The translations under genes were made by a program, and so were the position numbers. DNA of 64,000 nt, taken from assembly GCF_009914755.1 (NCBI RefSeq), contig NC_060935.1; one strand, given 5' to 3'. The notes under the pieces are model-generated. The model made no database searches, was not told the origin of the DNA, and worked only from the letters and a program-made list of their open reading frames with translations. Within the stretch, counting starts at the first letter, position 1; each line of letters starts with the position of its first letter. Shown here in pieces: positions 52,600 through 64,000 of the stretch. Origin of the DNA: the human T2T-CHM13v2.0 reference genome, Homo sapiens.

Positions 52600-53715
52600 T
52601 TTCCAGCTCGCTCACAGTGGGCCATCTTTTAATCCATATTTCAGCTAAACAAGCAAACAAACTACTAGAACCTTTTCTAAGTCCCTGAGCTGCAACATTA
52701 AATGCAGAGTCCCTAGTGGGCCCAAATCAATAAATTCAGCCTGATCCAACTCTATGTTCCTTCCACCATTATCTCACACCTTTAATATCCATTTCCATGC
52801 CTGTTCTCCAGATTTATGTTTATATTCAAAGCATTGATTTTTGAGTGTAGTGCACCTCCTCATGGGTCACACTCTCAACCTCCCTCTAGGCACCAGCCAG
52901 AAGTTTAGTCTAGTTATAGGTCTAGACGCAAATAGGGGTGTTGGAGGTGGCTCCTGAGGAGAATCAACATTATCTTGCCTGGCACCTGCCTCAGGGGAGG
53001 CCATCACATTTGCCTCAGGCAGCACAGGGTTTATCTCCTCAGACAAATGTGGAAAGGCTGATGGCAGCATGGGTTGGGAGGGGATGTTGACACTACTGGG
53101 GATGGGGAAGCTGTTTCTTCTGGCAAAAAAAGGTTCATCAGAATTTACAAACTTAGTGTCCCCAGCTTTATCAGGGTTCTCTCACACGTTTCTATTGTAA
53201 GTTGCAGGGTCCCATTCTTTTCCAATCAATGCCCTCACTTTAACCATAGACATCTGATGAGACTGTGCATGCACCTTTCATTGCAGGTCAGCCACTCGCA
53301 TGATAAGAGTTTGTGCCTGTTTTTCCACAATTTCATCTTTCACATAGGAGATGAGACTCTCACTCAGGGCAATCTTAGCAATCTGAGGCTCAGTGTCTGC
53401 CTCTGAAGCTGGGAGTTAGAATCCCTGGGTTCATCCTTTTCTTTCATCACTTTGTCTACTGAACTTAGGAGCAACCAAGCAGCTTCATTATGTTCCTTGG
53501 TTCTCCACATATGGTCAAAAGTATTATGTATAGAGTCAATAAACTCCTTGCCTCTCACAAATGGTGAATCAGGAATGTCAAATGCATTTATTTTGCATAA
53601 CTCTCTAAACAGTTCATGCCAAGGACTATCAGTGTTCTCCATGCTACTAGAAGTAGGGTCCTTAGCATTTTTGGGTCTAATCATACTAAGAAGCCAATTC
53701 CAAAAACCCCCAAAA
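52600..53715 (-). pseudogene. HERV-L gag remnant
   Basis: ORFs MIRPKNAKD...DSPWHELFRELCK and LSEEINPVLPE...PPPTPLFASRPITRL resemble ERV-L Gag; truncated at ~52600. Confidence 0.8.
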
Positions 53716-53777
53716 CTAATGAAAGAACTCCATCCTTAATATTCTGTTCCTTTAGAACCACTCCTGGTACCAAAATC

Positions 53778-54961
<1,184 letters not shown>

Positions 54962-54979
54962 AGAATATACATTCTTAAT

Positions 54980-55262
54980 ACTAGCAACTAATACTTATTG
55001 AGCTCTCCTCTGTGCCATTGTCACAACATACCTTCTTAAACATTTTGCACTAATTATCTCATTGAATCCTCCCCATAACACTATGACATATACACATACA
55101 GGCAAACACACACACACAAACACAACACAAATACCTTTTTCTATATAAATCTACAATACAAATGAGAAAACTGAGGCTTAGAGAGATAACATAATTTTGC
55201 CCAGCCGGCAAGTGGCAGAACTGGGATTCAAACTCAGCTGTCTCGGACTCCAAAGACCAAAC
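54980..55262 (-). mobile_element. MIR SINE interrupted by a CA-rich tract
   Basis: aatgagaaaactgaggcttagagag...aagtggcagaactgggattcaaactcag...ggactccaaag. Confidence 0.75.
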
Positions 55263-57497
55263 TTCACTACTGTTTTGTTTTCGGTTTGGATTCTTCCAGG
55301 GCTTAGCAGTTGCTGAGTACACAGTAGTTAATTGCCTAAGCAATGTTGGCTGAGGGAAGAATTGGTTAATAGCTGTTGTCTGCAGTAGAGGAACAGATGC
55401 TGTGACCTATTACAGGCAGGAAGGGAGAGCTCAATGACTGTTTCATAATATAGTTTGTTCAAATGTAGTCACGTGATGTTACGGGGTGAGGCCAGTGTGG
55501 TTATATGCTCCCAGGCATTTGTTAAGTAAGGAAAGTGCACAAGGCAGGGACAAGAGTCCAATCCTGGTGTCAGACGGGCCAGGCACACTGCTTCTCTATT
55601 AGACACATTTTCTTTTTGAGAGTCCTTGCTAATAAGTTTGATTCAAATCACTGGCCATCTGACCTTGGACTAGTTATTTAACTTTTTCAGGATTCATTTT
55701 CTTCATCTGCATCATGAATTTAATAATAATGCCTACTTCACATTATCATCACCACTTGTAATGAGGCTCAGTGGTAACTTGTTCAAGGTCACAAATCTAG
55801 AAAACAGGAAAGTCCTAACTGGAACCCAAATCTCTCCACCTACAGAGCATATTTTCCTTCCTCTATCACAAGTTACTTTCAGAAATGCAGTAGCTACGTG
55901 CCTACTTCAGAAGACAAAATTCACAGTGCTTTTTTCCTTTTTGACTACTCATGGTACTCCATCTCTCAGACTTATGGTACCCCATCTCTTATGGTACTCC
56001 ATCTCTCAAGCCATTTCTTTTGTCTAAGTCAAATTAACCTTGCTCGCATTTCAAGACTGAATCAAGAAATATACCTTGTGAGTTAGTGTATGTTGTAAGT
56101 AATGGGTTATAGACAAAGAACATCCAGGTTGAATAGATTTATTTGGAACAGTTTCTACTTTTGATACAACTCCCCCTTAATATACTGTTAAAAACTCACA
56201 AGGCATATCAGAGATGTCTTGGGAGAAAGTGCAAGCTGAAAGGGCTGAGAGATGTGAGACCTGGGCGTAAGTTTTGGTTCATCTCTTCATTCATCAGTTA
56301 TTTCTTGAGCGCGTAGTATGGAGGCTCACACTAGGGGACGGAATATAGCTGTGAACTAACACACACAAGATACTTTGCTTGTGGGGCTTAATGTCTAGTG
56401 AAGGCCAATAGGCAAATATTTAAGCTATAAATGTGGTGCAAATCAGAGGCAAGATTCCTGGCCCTGGCCTGGGTCCTCCTTATCTATGTGAGCTTAGGAA
56501 AGTCACTTTTGCTCCCTGAACATCAGCTTCCTTTTCTGACCATCAGGGAGTTAAGTGAGATGACCCTGATGGTTCTTTACAGCATTCAGACTCTATACTA
56601 GGAAGATGTTCTTTCTTTCTACCTCCCCTCATTCCCTCCCTCCCTCCCTCCCTCCTTCAGATAGGAGAGGGTATTCAGCTTTACCCCCTTGGATGTTGAC
56701 TCAGTTTCAGGAGCTGACAGTGCGCTCTTTACCCCCCACCATCTGATGTCACTCCAGACTCAGAGCGTAAGAGGTCACTTGCAGCATTCATGTCCTAGGA
56801 GTGATTGAGGGCAAACCAACAAATCAAGTGCAATAATAAACAGCATTCATTATAATGTTGTGACTGATTGAATAATTCTCACTTCTTCCTACTTCAATGA
56901 AAAGAGGGGGAACTTGCAAATAGAGGCAAATCCATTACAGCTGAGACTCCTAGCCTGTAGTCCCGTTTTAGCAGGATGCATCACGGGGATTAGGACTCTC
57001 GCTAGGGAGTTTGGTCATGCAGTAGGAGAGTGGAAGGGTGGGATGAGAACACAGGCCCCTTGTTTTCTGTCTCAGGCTCTTCGGTATAGCTCTCACGGTG
57101 TCTCCCATCTAAATATTTCCTTGAGGTATCTTTCAGATGCTAAATGCAAGTAGACTGTGTTTTCTATGACAAGCAGGGCCAGTCAGAGGAGTGAATCACA
57201 TTTACAATGTGAGAGCATGTGAGTGGCTCAAAAGTTTCTGAACCATCCGTTTTTTTTTTTTTTTTTTTTTTTGGAAGGGAAAAAGCAAACATTGCTTGCT
57301 AAACTTGGAATACTAGCTGATAAAAGTATATATCCTCACTTGGCTAGGATTTAAATTCCTCCAAGATTTTAGAGATAAAAGCCATGAAGATACATAAACA
57401 CACTTCAAGGAAATAAAACACCGCAAACTGCCCTCCAATACTACGTTTTGAGAAAAAAAAAAAAAAAACCCTCTCTGTCTTCCTCTCACTTGCTCAA

Positions 57498-57510
57498 ACA
57501 CACACACACA

Positions 57511-57556
<46 letters not shown>
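57498..57556. repeat. (CA)n microsatellite
   Basis: Directly visible, with one interruption. Confidence 0.97.
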
Positions 57557-57557
<1 letters not shown>

Positions 57558-58167
57558 TCTTTTCTATCTATGCTGAATTCATAGCCCAGCAGGTTCATTC
57601 TTATTTCTGTACTAGACACTAGTGATCACCGGGTGAGTCTGTTACTGTAAACCAATTGTCACTTTAAAGCCAGAGAGAACATGCTATTGTTTTCCTTCAA
57701 TGCTTCTTCTGCCTGGGGAGGAATTTTTGCACCTTGATTGGACATGCCATTCACATAACAATTGCATTCCACTTATGAGTAAATGCACTTGCAGTGCTTA
57801 GTACGGTGCCTGGAAAATTGTGTCTAATAAATGACATTTTTACGGTCTACTCATTCTCAAGTCTCATGTCAGTGGAGCTCACCCTAGTAGAAGATAATTT
57901 ATTTGACAGCAATATCCACTATGTGAAGATTTCAGAGAAATGGGGTGCTGTTACCTCCATCATAGGCTATTATAGTGCTAAATGGAACCACGCATGAAAG
58001 GGGTTAGCATGGTAAATGGTTAATAAATGATAAGTATTTTTATTATTATTAGATAAGCATTGATTGTTTTTGTCAAATATTACACTCAGCCCTCCAATAG
58101 CAAAAAGTGCCTGTGTAAATTAGAAAAAGCTTCCCTCTCTGGGAAGAGGGAATGTAAAAGAAGCAAA

Positions 58168-58305
58168 CTTTTTTTTTTTTTTTTTAAAGAGCCAGGGTCT
58201 CATTATGTTGCCCAGGCTAGGCTCAAACCCCTGGGCTCAAGCAATTCTCTCACCTCAGCCTCCCAAGTAGCTGCGACTACAGGCAGGAGCCACTGCACCT
58301 GGCTT
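58168..58305 (-). mobile_element. Alu monomer (FLAM-type)
   Basis: Poly-T followed by a single Alu left-arm-like unit (agggtctcattatgttgcccaggct...gagccactgcacctggc). Confidence 0.85.
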
Positions 58306-59179
58306 AAAAGCTTACCATTTCTTATGCTGGCTGTTGTTGAATGGGATGTGTTGCTGAGTCTTATTTCCCTACGTGTGTCCCTTAGGCAGCAACATGGCTA
58401 TAGTAAGCATAGGGAACACAAAGGGAAGAGCTCACAGTGTGCAATAATTGCTATGTTGGAAATTTGTAAACAGTTTGTGAGGGCACCACGGAGGGAGCCA
58501 GGGGAAGCTGGGTGGGGCAGCTGGAGACAGCTCAAAGGCACCATTTTAGCGAATTAAAGAATGAGTAGGAAATTGTTAGGTAGAGAACTAGCAAAGCACA
58601 GTTCAGGCAGAGGAAAGGCCTGCCCAATGGGGAGGTGCAAAGCCACCCCTTCTGCCCTCTTCTCTCCCCCAATCCTGTGTGACTGAGCAATGGTGAGAAG
58701 CTGCACTGATAAAGAGTAGGATTTGGAGAGGGCTGGAGCTCAGAGAAATGGTGGGAAATACATTCGAGACGCAGTTCTGGCTTGGATTGTGAGGAACACC
58801 TTAGTTACAAACAGTAATTCTAAATATCTACTCCTGTTCAAGAAATAAGCAATAAACGAGTAATACAAATTTTTCTACAGAAATCACATGTGCAGTTCAG
58901 AAACTATTCTTTCATCATTTAACCAGCAACTTTATACTGTATTTTTATTTAATTATTGCATCATTTTATTTATTTATTTATTTATATTATACTTTAAGTT
59001 TTAGGGTACATGTGCACAATGTGCAGGTTTGTTACATATGTATACATGTGCCTTGTTGGTGTGCTGGACCAATTAACTCGTCATTTAACATTAGGCATAT
59101 CTCCTAATGCTATCCCTCCCCCTTCCCCCCACCCCACAACAGGCCCTGGTGTGTGATGTTCCCTTTCCTGTGTCCATGT

Positions 59180-63006
<3,827 letters not shown>

Positions 63007-63069
63007 TATGATGTTAGCTGGTTCTTTTGCTCGTTAGTTGATGCAGTTTCCTCTTAGCCTCAACGGTCT

Positions 63070-64000
63070 TTACAATTTGGCATGATTTTGCAGTGGCTGG
63101 TACCGGTTGTTCATTTCCATGTTTAGTGCTTCCTTCAGGAGCTCTTGTAGGGCAGGCCTGGTGGTGACAAAATCTCTCAGCATTTGCTTGTCTGTAAAGT
63201 ATTTTATTTCTCCTTCACTTATGAAGCTTAGTTTGGCTGGATATGAAATTCTGGGTTGAAAATTCTTTTCTTTAATAATGTTGAATATTGGGCCCGTCTC
63301 TCTTCTGGCTTGTAGAGTTTCTGCCGAGAGATCCGCTGTTAGTCTGATGGGCTTCCCTTTGTGGGTAACCTGACCTTTCTCTCTGGCTGCCCTTAACATT
63401 TTTTTCTTCATTACAACTTTGGTGAATCTGACAATTATGTGTCTTGGAGTTGCTCTTCTCAAGGAGTATCTTTGTGGCATTCTCTGTATTTCCTGAATCT
63501 GAATGTTGGCCTGCCTTGCTAGATTGGGGAAGTTCTCCTGGATAATATCCTGCAGAGTGTTTTTCAACTTGGTTCCATTCTCCCCGTCACTTTCAGGTAC
63601 ACCAATCAGATGTAGATTTGGTCTTTTCACATAGTCCCATATTTCTTGGAGGCTTTGTGCATTTCTTTTTATTCTTTTTTCTCTAAATTCTGCTTGCTTC
63701 ATTTCATTCATTTGATCTTCCATCACTGATACCCTTTCTTCTAGTTGATCGAATTGGCTACTGAGGCTTGTGCATTCGTCACGTAGTTCTCATGCTGTGG
63801 TTTTCAGCTCCGTCAGGTCCTTTATGGACTTCTCTGCATTGGTTATTCTAGCTAGCCATTCGTCTAATCTTTCTTCAAGGTTTTTAACTTCTTTGCCATG
63901 GGTTCAAACTTCCTTCTTTAGCTCGGAGTAGTTTGATCTTCTGAAGCCTTCTTCTGTCAACTCATCGAAGTCAGTCTCTGTCCAGCTTTGTTCCGTTGCT
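63070..64000 (-). pseudogene. L1 ORF1 (partial, 5' part outside the window)
   Basis: EIWDYVKRPNL...RATPRHIIVRF...YPAKLSF...RYQPLQNHAKL* is the C-terminal portion of ORF1p. Confidence 0.93.

Overview
Primate genomic DNA, human or a close relative; the species cannot be fixed from this window alone. The window holds the 3' end of DLG2 (PSD-93/chapsyn-110, a neuronal MAGUK scaffold) on the minus strand. Nine coding exons are visible: three alternatively spliced HOOK-region cassettes homologous to the DLG1/SAP97 I3, I2 and I5 inserts, then six exons encoding the end of the HOOK region and the guanylate-kinase-like domain. They end at a TAA at 6316-6318, followed by a ~4.8 kb 3' UTR with tandem poly(A) signals. 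From ~30.7 kb to the window end is one large intron containing Alus, MIR, L2 and old L1 fragments, a MER58-type DNA transposon, an internally deleted HERV-L provirus with two MLT2A LTRs and a 5-bp TSD, and a degenerate L1PA element cut by the window edge. I do not see a new multi-gene biological system. The best unexplained signals are: (1) a candidate alternative terminal exon (LLEFKYA*) with a cluster of RBFOX motifs that would give a GK-less PSD-93; (2) a ~100-bp reverse-transcriptase fragment inside the TA microsatellite of the proviral 5' LTR, while RT is deleted from the provirus body; (3) a ~600-bp inverted duplication copying the LTR-host junction; (4) a canonical REST/RE1 core just past the poly(A) sites; (5) frame-enforced mutual exclusion of the I3-like and I2-like exons with opposed RBFOX motif placement. 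Repeat subfamily calls and boundaries of old repeats are by eye and approximate.
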